A DNA stretch of 32,000 nt from Halomicronema hongdechloris C2206 (lineage in GTDB: Bacteria > Cyanobacteriota > Cyanobacteriia > Phormidesmidales > Phormidesmidaceae): contig NZ_CP021983.2 in NCBI RefSeq assembly GCF_002075285.3, forward strand, positions 4,530,001-4,562,000. The letters are read 5' to 3'. The notes below the pieces were generated by a model, which made no database searches, was not told the origin of the DNA, and saw only the letters and a list, made by a program, of their open reading frames with translations. Below are positions 18,720-26,741 of the stretch, one piece after another (positions within the stretch are counted from its first letter, which is position 1; each line of letters begins with the position of its first letter). The position numbers and the translations under genes are program-made.

Positions 18720-19604
18720 CTAGTCCTGTTGCTGGGGTGGGTGATCGGCCTCTCGTTTGCGATGAACTGGCACGGGGCGACTGCCACTGGCAGCTGCCGC
18801 TGGCCGCGAGGCCCCGGAGCGGGGACCCTCCCGTCGAGGAGCCTTGCCCCGACTGCCACGGCTATGCCGCTTTTTCTTCTTAGGGGGAACCGCTGCCACC
18901 GGCGTGGCCTCCTGCAGCATCAGGGTTTTGCCCTGACGTTGGGCGGTTAAATCCCAGAAATAGCCAACGATTTTACCCTCCAGTTTGCCCTTGACCACCA
19001 GTCGAAATGCCTTTTGGGAGCCAGCACTGCGCTTGGCCCCTTGCAAAATCTTAATAAAAATCAACTCTTCCGCTTCTGAATAGCGAATGACCTCGCCCCG
19101 AATGGAGAAGTAATTGTCATCGACTGCCGCCACCTCAGGACTGGCCGTTTCAGATTCAGTCTGCTCCGGGGCCGCTTCCGCCTCAGTCTCTGCCGACGGC
19201 GAGGCGGCTTCCTCGGTTTCTGCCGGCGGCGAGGCGGCTTCCTCGGTTTCTGCCGACGGCGAGGCGGCTTCCTCGGTTTCTGCCGGCGGCGAGGCGGTTT
19301 CCTCCGATTGGCTGTGGGGATCTTCCCCTGGCAGTCCCAGGGTCTCGGGCTCCCAAACCCCGACAATCTGCAGGTGCAGATCTAAATCTTGGCTGTCCTC
19401 ACTATCATCGGTGCGAGTACGGGGATAGACCACCCACTGATGGGGGGTCTCGAGGGTGAGGTGTTTCTTGACCAGACTGGTAATCCGCCCCAGCAGCACA
19501 CTATCAATCGACGTGCCATCCTCCGTGGTCAACAGGCCCCGGTTGAATTGTTCCTCGGAGGGACTGTAGATGCCCCGAACCAAGCCGATGGCCCGATACT
19601 GCAT
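18720..19604 (-). CDS. Hypothetical protein with internal acidic decapeptide repeats and a basic C-terminal tail
   Basis: 294-aa ORF. It has globular-looking N-terminal (1-90) and central (about 160-235) parts separated by (ASP[PS]AETEEA)n. The C-terminus is PPKKKKRHSRGSRGKAPRR.... It is convergent with COG1900 across a 20-bp gap. Confidence 0.7.
   Translation of the reverse strand: MQYRAIGLVRGIYSPSEEQFNRGLLTTEDGTSIDSVLLGRITSLVKKHLTLETPHQWVVYPRTRTDDSEDSQDLDLHLQIVGVWEPETLGLPGEDPHSQSEETASPPAETEEAASPSAETEEAASPPAETEEAASPSAETEAEAAPEQTESETASPEVAAVDDNYFSIRGEVIRYSEAEELIFIKILQGAKRSAGSQKAFRLVVKGKLEGKIVGYFWDLTAQRQGKTLMLQEATPVAAVPPKKKKRHSRGSRGKAPRREGPRSGASRPAAAASGSRPVPVHRKREADHPPQQQD
19175..19305. repeat. 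In-frame 30-bp tandem repeat (about 4.3 units) inside CDS 18720-19604
   Basis: Units 19201-19230, 19231-19260 and 19261-19290 differ only at one position (ccGgcggc versus ccGAcggc). Degenerate partial units flank them on both sides. Confidence 0.95.
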
Positions 19605-20379
19605 GGGCTCACTGGGAGGAGAGATGGGGTGAGGCCGATGGTCAGCTACGGCAGCGGTTGAGGATGCTTGGGGCTCTACCGCGGCCCTGCTGTTGAGATG
19701 TATCAGCAGCAGTTTCTGACCGATGGGGCGGCGACATCAACGTCGGACGCATCGGTGGCGACTTCAATGTCTTCTTCTTTTGCTCTGATGACGGTTCCGG
19801 CGCGGATGGGGGAAACTCAGGAGAGTGATTAGCTGCCGAACTCATAACGACCTACACCTCTTCAATGCGATACCGATTAGCTTGGGGGAGCTGGAGGCTC
19901 TGTTGGGAAGAGCCTGGGTGAACTGCAATCTCAGGCGATTTGTCGGGGACGGTTGGCTTCCTCAGACTTGATTAACCCGTGATCTGGGTTACCCCGTGAC
20001 TCAGGAGATATCCCTCACGCTAAGCCTAGCATCGCTAGGCTAGCCTCTCGTCAGCCATCCGCGCCTAGCCTGGGGAGTTGGCCTGCCCCAGATCCAGTTG
20101 CGATCGCAGTTACCTACGTTTCCGATCGATATTGGCGCAAATCCGAATATTTTGCATGCCTCCTACGGTTTTGTCGGCCTTGTGTGAAGTTTCTGTAGGC
20201 CAGGGGACAGGCTTACTCCCCCCTTTCTGCCCCTTGGCACTGGTCTGCAAGCGGCGCTAACCCTTGCCCCATCTAGTCCTAGGGCGTTTCCCCAGGAGAA
20301 ACGCCAGATCTTGGGCTGGACTTGAGCTGGACTTGGGATAGGACGCTAAAATCGACGGGAAGTGGTTTAAGGAAATACC

Positions 20380-21243
20380 GTGGCTCTAAAACGCAACCGC
20401 TGGTTGGTAGGCGGTGTTCTTGTCGTGGCCTTGGGCGCCCTGTTGGCCCTATCTCTGCTCCCCATCATCGGCAGCATAGGCGACACTCCCGTCACCAGTA
20501 ACAGTTCCGCTTCACAGCCGACTAATGAAGAGGCTCGGGCTGAATTGGAGAGTCGGGCCAAAGGTTACGAATTGGTGCTAGAACGGGAACCTGACAATCA
20601 AACTGCCCTACGGGGACTGCTAGAGACTCGGATCCAGCTCGGTGATATGGAAGGGGTATTAGCCCCCCTAGAGAAACTGGCTGAACTCAATCCCGATGTC
20701 AGTGACTATCGCATTCTCCTCGGGCAGACCCGCCAACGTCTCGGCGACCTAGAAGGCGCTGCCCAAGCCTACCGGGAGGTGCTGGATAAAACCCCCGGTA
20801 ACATGAATGCCCTGCAGGGCCTAGTGGTCTTGCTGCTGCAGCAAGAGCGTCCCCAGGCTGCCATTGGGTTGTTGCAAGATACTCTGAAGCTGACCGAGGC
20901 AGATGACTCTTCCAACCAAATCGACAAAATTTCAGTGCAACTGCTCCTCGGGCAGGTCTATGTGGAAGAAGCCCGCTATGAGGAAGCCCTAGACCTCTAC
21001 GACCAAGCCATAGCAGCCGCTGGCCAAGACTTTCGGCCTGTATTAGCCAAAGCCCTGGTGCTGAAGGAAATGGGCCAACCCGAAGAGGCACAGGCTCTAT
21101 TTGATCAAGCCTTGGCCATGGCTCCCGATCGATTCCAGGACCAAATCGAACAACTGGCTGCGGGCGGATCCGAGCCAGCCGACACCCTAGAAGCTCCTGC
21201 CCCAGAGGCCGACAGTTCTGGTGCGGCTGCAGGTAATGAGTGA
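20380..21243 (+). CDS. TPR repeat protein with an N-terminal membrane anchor
   Basis: GTG start. TM segment WLVGGVLVVALGALLALSLLPII is followed by several 34-aa TPR-like units (GDLEGAAQAYREVLDKTPGN, ARYEEALDLYDQAIAA, GQPEEAQALFDQALAMAP). Confidence 0.8.
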   Translation: MALKRNRWLVGGVLVVALGALLALSLLPIIGSIGDTPVTSNSSASQPTNEEARAELESRAKGYELVLEREPDNQTALRGLLETRIQLGDMEGVLAPLEKLAELNPDVSDYRILLGQTRQRLGDLEGAAQAYREVLDKTPGNMNALQGLVVLLLQQERPQAAIGLLQDTLKLTEADDSSNQIDKISVQLLLGQVYVEEARYEEALDLYDQAIAAAGQDFRPVLAKALVLKEMGQPEEAQALFDQALAMAPDRFQDQIEQLAAGGSEPADTLEAPAPEADSSGAAAGNE

Positions 21244-21529
21244 TTAACCCCATATTTCGCAACGCGATCGCAAGACTTGTGCCGTTCTGGTAGCCTAGGT
21301 CGAGGCAACGAGCCCTGCGGTTGATCCACGCTACAGGCGTTCAATCAAAAACAACACCTCTGCCGCGTCGGTGCAATCGAGGGCAGGGCCATCGGCTAGG
21401 ACCGGGTGGTAGTTTCATAGGAGGCTGCTTCACTCAAGATATTGGCATTGAGTGCAACAATTTCGCCAACTTTAAGGAGTCGAGCCAATGAACGTTCAGG
21501 TGCGTCCTCACCAAGATCTAAGAGGCATA

Positions 21530-23913
21530 ATTAAACTCAGCGAGGTTGTCACCAACCCCGCTGGTCTTCAAAACCGGACGTGAATCGTTTCGATTCATCC
21601 GGCTCCTCAACAGTTTGGTAGTTTTCATCTACACCTCATCGGCTATCATTAGCCGATTTTACGTCGTGACAATGACGATGAAGGAGCTGGAGATTGTTGA
21701 TTTCATCCTTTCCACCTTGGGCGCGCGGGATGAAATGGTCGATTTCCAGCAAATCTCTGTCCTTAAAGAACAGATGGCAGACGGCACATTTCCCTTGTTG
21801 TCGTTTCAGCAAGCGAGCAACGCGCTGATTGACTTGAGGATGTCGTCCCATGCGGGTACTCCAGTAAATCCAGTCGGCATCAAACACTGAGCGTTGACCT
21901 TGAACCTTGATATGCCGCTGAATCGCGGTGTGACTATGTCTTGCTAAGCGTTGGATACCCTCCGGTGTGGATGCAGCAAACGTCCATCCTTCATCTCGGT
22001 CAATCAGCCAATACCGATGGGCAATCCAGTGTTGACTTTTACGAGGATGGCGATGGGTTGCCCAGTTTTTCAACTGAATATATAACCAGTTATCCAGCCC
22101 TTGGTAGGCGTGAGAACTGACTCCGGTCGAGAAGTAGTTCGACCATCCGATGATCACCGGGTTGAGGGCATCAATCAATTGAGATTGAGTCGCTGCCTGG
22201 TGCCGTTGGAGGATCTGCTTTAACTTCTGCTGATGACGTTGGATACTGGTTCGACTCGGTTGAATCAGGGTTTTGAAGCCTAGCGGGGTGCCGTAGGCAT
22301 TGTGTGCCGTGTGATGTTTGCCTGCCGGAAATTGGCGCACGGTGAAACCCAAGAAATCGAATCCAATATGTCCCTCGTGCGGATGCAACGTATGGGTGAT
22401 TCGAGTTTTCTCTGGGTGTAGGGTGAGACCCATTTGCGCTAGCCATTCCACCAGGATTTGTTGGCACTGCTGCACAATGGTTAGGTCGGCGTGGAACACC
22501 ACAAAATCATCCGCATAGCGAATCAGATGGGGGGGTTGGATGTGCCCTTTCATTTGAGCATCCCAAGTTTTTGGAAATGCTTGTTTGATGAGGGTTTCCA
22601 TACCATGTAGGGCAATATTTGCCAGTAATGGCGACAACACGCCCCCTTGAGGTGTTCCAGTGGTTGTCGCAAACCATTGTCCTTGATCCCATACCCCTGA
22701 CTTCAGCCACGCCCTGATTTGGCGGCGTAGTGTCGCAAAGGTATTGATCTTGGCTAACAGCGCATCTTGATCAATTTGGTCGAAACACTTCGAGATATCG
22801 GCATCGAGCACATATTTGGCCTTCAGCAATATGCCATTGTATATCGCTTCAATTGCATCATGACATCCCCGTCCGGGTCGGAACCCGTAGGAGTTTGCTT
22901 CAAAGCGGGCTTCCCATTCTGGCTCTAGCGCCAGTTTGACCAGCGCTTGTAAGGCGCGGTCGGCGAGGGTGGGAATTCCAAGCGGGCGTTTTTCCGCTTT
23001 GCCTCCGGGTTTAGGGATCCAAACTCGGCGCGTCGGTTTTGCCCGCCCAAGGAGTCTCAGTTGACTAACCAGTTCGAGCCGTTGTTCTGGGGTGAGTGAT
23101 TTAATACCATCCACCCCTGCCGTTCGCTTGCCCTGATTGTCTTGACTCACCCGTCTGACCGCTAGACTCTTAGCTGACCATGACCGGATTAACGTTTTCT
23201 GGAGTCGCCGGACTGCTTTGACATCGCCACGATGTGAGGCTTTGAATATACGCGTTTGCAGCTTAAAAACTTTCCGCTCTAGCTTTCGCCAAGGGATTGT
23301 TCTCCATTCCCTCATCAGTTTCATCAACTGTGCTTTAGACGTATTGACTGCTACTTGTACCCATTCATTCCAAACTATCGGGTCTACGTCTGCATATCCC
23401 AGACATTACTCTAGGCGTTGGCTTCTTAGACCATCTTGCTCACTCGTGGCTTGCGGTTGGCACCTACTTAGGGCATCGACCTTCCCAAAGAGCCATTAAG
23501 GAGTTACTTCGTTCCGAATCACCGTTCTTGAATCTTTAGGATGCTGCTTTCTGCCGGGTTTAGTGGGAGTGCATACAGGTCGTGAACGTAAACGCCTGCC
23601 CCATTATCCTTTGCCTTTTTGGCTCCAGCCTATCAGCCTGATTTGGCTGGGTTGATCTGACGACAGTTCAGACACAGCTTCGCTTTCGCTATCCATCGAT
23701 TCATGCTCAGCATCCACCGGATGAGGCTTCCAGTTTATTGCCTTTTTACCCCGCTTTACGGATTGAGGACCAGTCGCTACCGTAGGGGTAATGCTGTTAC
23801 TCCTTGCACTTGGAGAGAGGGTCTTGCACCCTCACGATGATTCAGTTGTCGAGGGTCTACCCTCGCCATCCGTCCCTGAGGACGATGCCTCATTTAGGAT
23901 GAACGAATCGCAC
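21530..23913 (-). mobile_element. Group II intron, apparently complete (domains I-VI, ORF in domain IV)
   Basis: Read on the minus strand. The 5' end is GTGCG at 23913-23909 (alternatively GTGTG from 23915). Domain V is GAGCCGGATGAATC-GAAA-GATTCACGTCCGGTTT, about 21569-21602. The domain VI helix CAGCGGGGTTG/CAACCTCGCTG has a bulged A at 21537, and the intron ends ...GTTTAAT at about 21530. The candidate EBS1 ACGTTC (plus 23584-23589) is complementary to the last 6 nt of the 5' exon (GAACGT). Each boundary is uncertain by a few nt. Confidence 0.85.
21636..23327 (-). CDS. Group II intron-encoded reverse transcriptase / maturase with C-terminal HNH endonuclease
   Basis: RT blocks are present, including RPLGIPTLADRALQ, YGFRPGRGCHDA, GTPQGGVLSPLLANI and YADDFVVF. 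A maturase (X) region follows (WSNYFS). The C-terminus reads CAVC...EIDHFIPRAQGG...NLQLLHRHCHDVK (HNH). Confidence 0.95.
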   Translation of the reverse strand: MMKLMREWRTIPWRKLERKVFKLQTRIFKASHRGDVKAVRRLQKTLIRSWSAKSLAVRRVSQDNQGKRTAGVDGIKSLTPEQRLELVSQLRLLGRAKPTRRVWIPKPGGKAEKRPLGIPTLADRALQALVKLALEPEWEARFEANSYGFRPGRGCHDAIEAIYNGILLKAKYVLDADISKCFDQIDQDALLAKINTFATLRRQIRAWLKSGVWDQGQWFATTTGTPQGGVLSPLLANIALHGMETLIKQAFPKTWDAQMKGHIQPPHLIRYADDFVVFHADLTIVQQCQQILVEWLAQMGLTLHPEKTRITHTLHPHEGHIGFDFLGFTVRQFPAGKHHTAHNAYGTPLGFKTLIQPSRTSIQRHQQKLKQILQRHQAATQSQLIDALNPVIIGWSNYFSTGVSSHAYQGLDNWLYIQLKNWATHRHPRKSQHWIAHRYWLIDRDEGWTFAASTPEGIQRLARHSHTAIQRHIKVQGQRSVFDADWIYWSTRMGRHPQVNQRVARLLKRQQGKCAVCHLFFKDRDLLEIDHFIPRAQGGKDEINNLQLLHRHCHDVKSANDSR

Positions 23914-24020
23914 ACGTTCCCAATCAGCGGCGGCAGAACACCTACGAACTTAGCACCAGCGGCTCTCGTCCGTCCGCTGCGTTGGAGTTGTTGGGTTGCT
24001 GGCTGCAACCCAGACTTAAA

Positions 24021-24305
24021 CTAACGCCCAGTCACTTCACCTAGTGCCTCTTGAATCACGTCATCACTGACCCCATGACGCTTTAGACTCGCAATCAATG
24101 CAGATACCGTATCGCCTTCTAAACGTTCCAAGTCAGCCCGCAGTCCTTGCCCGATATAAGCACGCGCTAAAGGTTGATACCCAGAAAAACCCAGCAGAGG
24201 AGCAACTTGCTTCAAATCCTCAATCACATCTTCAGGCATACGAATGGTGATTGTTGTCATAGGACGATTCCTATCCAACCGCTTTTTCAACGCCTCAGGC
24301 TTCAT
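24021..24305 (-). CDS. brnA: BrnA-like antitoxin (CopG/RHH-related, type II TA)
   Basis: 94-aa ORF directly downstream of a DUF497 toxin gene. The segment TTITIRMPEDVIEDLKQVA is typical of BrnA-family antitoxins. Confidence 0.75.
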   Translation of the reverse strand: MKPEALKKRLDRNRPMTTITIRMPEDVIEDLKQVAPLLGFSGYQPLARAYIGQGLRADLERLEGDTVSALIASLKRHGVSDDVIQEALGEVTGR

Positions 24306-24331
24306 AAAATTCCCGCTCCTTCCGTGTCGCT

Positions 24332-24592
24332 TTACGAGCTGAGAATGATCCGAATGATGTCGTTTTCCCGCTCAACGAAGACAACATACAGCAAGTTCCA
24401 GCGCCGATCTAAACCAATAACAGCATCTCGCGCTTCATCATTACGACTTGCATCAACGACCACCAGCAATGGATCGAAGAAGACTTCTGCGGCTTGCTGA
24501 AACGTAACACCGTCGTGGTTAATCGGGTTGATCCTGGCTTTTTCGTCATTCCAGACAAAAGTGATGCCATTGAGAACGAAATACACATCCAT
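24332..24592 (-). CDS. brnT: BrnT family toxin (DUF497), C-terminally truncated by an apparent 1-nt frameshift
   Basis: FVWNDEKARINPINHDGVTFQQAAEVFFDP...VVFVERENDIIRII matches the DUF497 pattern. The frame stops at IILSS*, but the alternative frame continues SARKATRKEREFYEA* to TGA at 24297-24295. That is the canonical family C-terminus, and it overlaps the brnA start. Confidence 0.8.
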   Translation of the reverse strand: MDVYFVLNGITFVWNDEKARINPINHDGVTFQQAAEVFFDPLLVVVDASRNDEARDAVIGLDRRWNLLYVVFVERENDIIRIILSS

Positions 24593-25003
24593 GCTTGCAG
24601 TTTAGACAGGACGTATTTACATTGTCAATACATTTTGATGCTGTTACTGGATTGGCGCGATCACTTTCAACACTCAACAGAAGTGACTTGAGTACCGTCT
24701 CACAGATAAGGAAAAGCAGCCCAACCATTGCTTAGCCTGCATTCTCCCTCTCTAATCGGTATAACACCCCTGATTAGGGTGATTAGTCAGACCTAGAGTT
24801 GAATATCACCCCTTGTGAGGGATCTTAGGCTGAAACTTTGCGGCATAAGCATCCAAAATGGGGTGTTATAGGTCACGTCCCTTGGGAAGGGAGCTCTCCA
24901 GGCAGGGGCGGATCTTGAAAACCCAGTAAAGATTGAGATCAATACTGATGATTAACCCTTACCCCGGTAGGATTGGAAACGAACCGCGAGCCTAGAAGAT
25001 CCC

Positions 25004-26656
25004 ATGGTCGACACTGCCCCTGCCCGTGTTACCGATGATCCCCTGTCTCTACCGCTGACCTCGCCGGCCGATGAGATCGGCTGCGATCGCATCTTAGCGG
25101 CCATCGACGTGGGCACCAATTCCATCCATATGGTGGTGGTCAAGATTCAACCGAGCCTCCCCACCTTCACCATCATCGACCGCGAAAAAGAAACCGTCCG
25201 CCTGGGCAACTTCTGCGAGAAGACCGGCGGGCTGAGCAAAGATGCCATGGAGCGAGCCATCGCTGCCCTGAAACGCTGCTGCGACATCGCCCACAGCCTG
25301 CAGGCAGAAGACATTGTGGCCGTGGCCACCAGTGCCGTGCGAGAGGCGAGCAACGGCACCGAGTTTCTCCGCCGGGTGAAGAACGAGGTGGGTCTGGCCA
25401 TCGATCTGATCTCGGGGACCGAAGAGGCCCGCCGCATCTATTTGGGGGTGCTGTCGGGGATGGAATTCCATAGCCAGCCCCACACCATCATCGACATCGG
25501 CGGCGGCTCCACCGAATTGATCCTGGGTACCGGCGAACCCCATCGCTTCCTCAGCAGCACCAAGGTGGGGGCAGTGCGGTTAACAGGGCAGTTTATCTCC
25601 TCCAACCCCGTCAATGAGATGGAGTTTAACTGCCTGCGGGCCTATGTGCGGGGCATGCTAGAGCCACCCACCGATGATCTAAAGCGGCATTTGGCCTCCT
25701 CGGAGACCCCCAGGTTGGTGGGCACTTCCGGCACCATTGAGTGTCTGGCCGCCCTCAGCGCCCATGACCGGCTGGGCTTCGTTCCCGATCCGCTAAACGG
25801 CTACCAGATCCGCTACGACGATCTGGTGGAATTAGTCGAGCGGCTGCGGCACCTGACTTATACCGAGCGGTTGGCCCTGCCGGATATGTCGGCCCGGCGG
25901 GCAGAAATCATCGTGGCTGGGGCGGTGATCCTGCAGCAGGCCATGGAACTGCTGGGGGCAGAGGCCATCACCATCTGCGAACGGGCCCTGCGGGAAGGGC
26001 TGGTGGTGGACTGGATGCTCACCCATGGGCTGATCGAAGACCGCATGCAGTTTCAGCGCTCGGTGCGCCAGCGCAGCGTCGTGAAGACGGCCCAGAAGTA
26101 CCGGGTCAACCTCACCCACGGGGAACGGGTGGCACAGTTTGCTGTCACCCTGTTTGATCAAACCCGAGAGCACCTCCATGCCTGGGGCCATCTGGAGCGG
26201 GAACTGCTCTGGGCGGCGGGCATTTTGCACAACTGTGGTCACTTCATCAGCCACTCTGCCCACCACAAGCATTCCTACTATTTAATCCGCAATGGTGAGC
26301 TCTTGGGCTACACAGAGACTGAACTGGAGACCATTGCCAATCTGGCCCGCTACCATCGCAAGAGCCCGCCCAAGAAGAAGCACAGCAATTATCGCAACCT
26401 GCCCACTAAGCACCACCGGCAGTTGGTCAGCCAACTCAGTGCCATGTTGCGGGTGGCCGTTGCCCTAGATCGGCGCAGTGTGGGTGCGATCGCAAGTCTC
26501 AACTGCCAATTCGACGCCGATGATCGCATCCTGCATCTGGTCCTTACCGCCAGCCGCTCTGGCGACGACTGCGCCTCGGAACTCTGGAACCTAGAGTATA
26601 AAAAGGCTTGCTTCCAGGAAGAATTCGACGTGAAATTACTGCCTGGGCTCATGTAA
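25004..26656 (+). CDS. ppx: Exopolyphosphatase / guanosine pentaphosphate phosphohydrolase family protein (Ppx/GppA with HD domain)
   Basis: Contains AAIDVGTNSIHMVV, DIGGGSTEL and GTSGT (ASKHA fold), with a C-terminal HD region ILHNCGHFISHSAHHKHSYYLI; 550 aa. Confidence 0.92.
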   Translation: MVDTAPARVTDDPLSLPLTSPADEIGCDRILAAIDVGTNSIHMVVVKIQPSLPTFTIIDREKETVRLGNFCEKTGGLSKDAMERAIAALKRCCDIAHSLQAEDIVAVATSAVREASNGTEFLRRVKNEVGLAIDLISGTEEARRIYLGVLSGMEFHSQPHTIIDIGGGSTELILGTGEPHRFLSSTKVGAVRLTGQFISSNPVNEMEFNCLRAYVRGMLEPPTDDLKRHLASSETPRLVGTSGTIECLAALSAHDRLGFVPDPLNGYQIRYDDLVELVERLRHLTYTERLALPDMSARRAEIIVAGAVILQQAMELLGAEAITICERALREGLVVDWMLTHGLIEDRMQFQRSVRQRSVVKTAQKYRVNLTHGERVAQFAVTLFDQTREHLHAWGHLERELLWAAGILHNCGHFISHSAHHKHSYYLIRNGELLGYTETELETIANLARYHRKSPPKKKHSNYRNLPTKHHRQLVSQLSAMLRVAVALDRRSVGAIASLNCQFDADDRILHLVLTASRSGDDCASELWNLEYKKACFQEEFDVKLLPGLM

Positions 26657-26741
26657 CCCCGCCACCGACAATACTGTAGCCATCAAGCCCAGCTATATAG
26701 TGCCGCTGGCATGCCTAAATCCGTCTTGAAGGATAAGGTGG

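Noticed and set aside
19642-19845. 67-aa minus-strand ORF upstream of the repeat protein
   Set aside because: The translation is Pro/Ser/low-complexity with no recognisable motif or RBS. In GC-rich DNA this length is unremarkable. It remains possible but unsupported.
21396-21529. Short minus-strand ORF created by the 3' exon (…LDLGEDAPERSLARLLKVGEIVALNANILSEAASYETTTRS*)
   Set aside because: It is only about 47 codons even after virtual splicing, has a TTG start, and has a stop immediately upstream. No family is recognised. It is noted under the intron finding but is not good enough to call a gene.
21636-23327. The reverse transcriptase could have belonged to a retron, DGR or Abi-type defence RT
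   Set aside because: The ORF has a maturase X region and an HNH domain. It is embedded in RNA with a GTGCG 5' end, a textbook domain V and a domain VI with a bulged A. This is an ordinary group II intron-encoded protein. No msr/msd-like repeats, template/variable repeat pair or accessory defence genes are adjacent.
23993-24011. Hairpin GGGTTGC-agcca-GCAACCC just after the brnA stop, considered as a terminator-type target for the intron (class C behaviour)
   Set aside because: No U-tract follows it. It lies 79 nt from the insertion point rather than immediately upstream. The intron-encoded protein has an En domain, unlike class C introns.
24760-24870. An 11-bp perfect inverted repeat (TATAACACCCC ... 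GGGGTGTTATA) 89 bp apart in the brnT-ppx spacer, which could be a MITE
   Set aside because: The arms do not extend in either direction and there are no flanking direct repeats. A rough estimate gives about one chance 11-bp inverted repeat within 100 bp in a 32-kb window.
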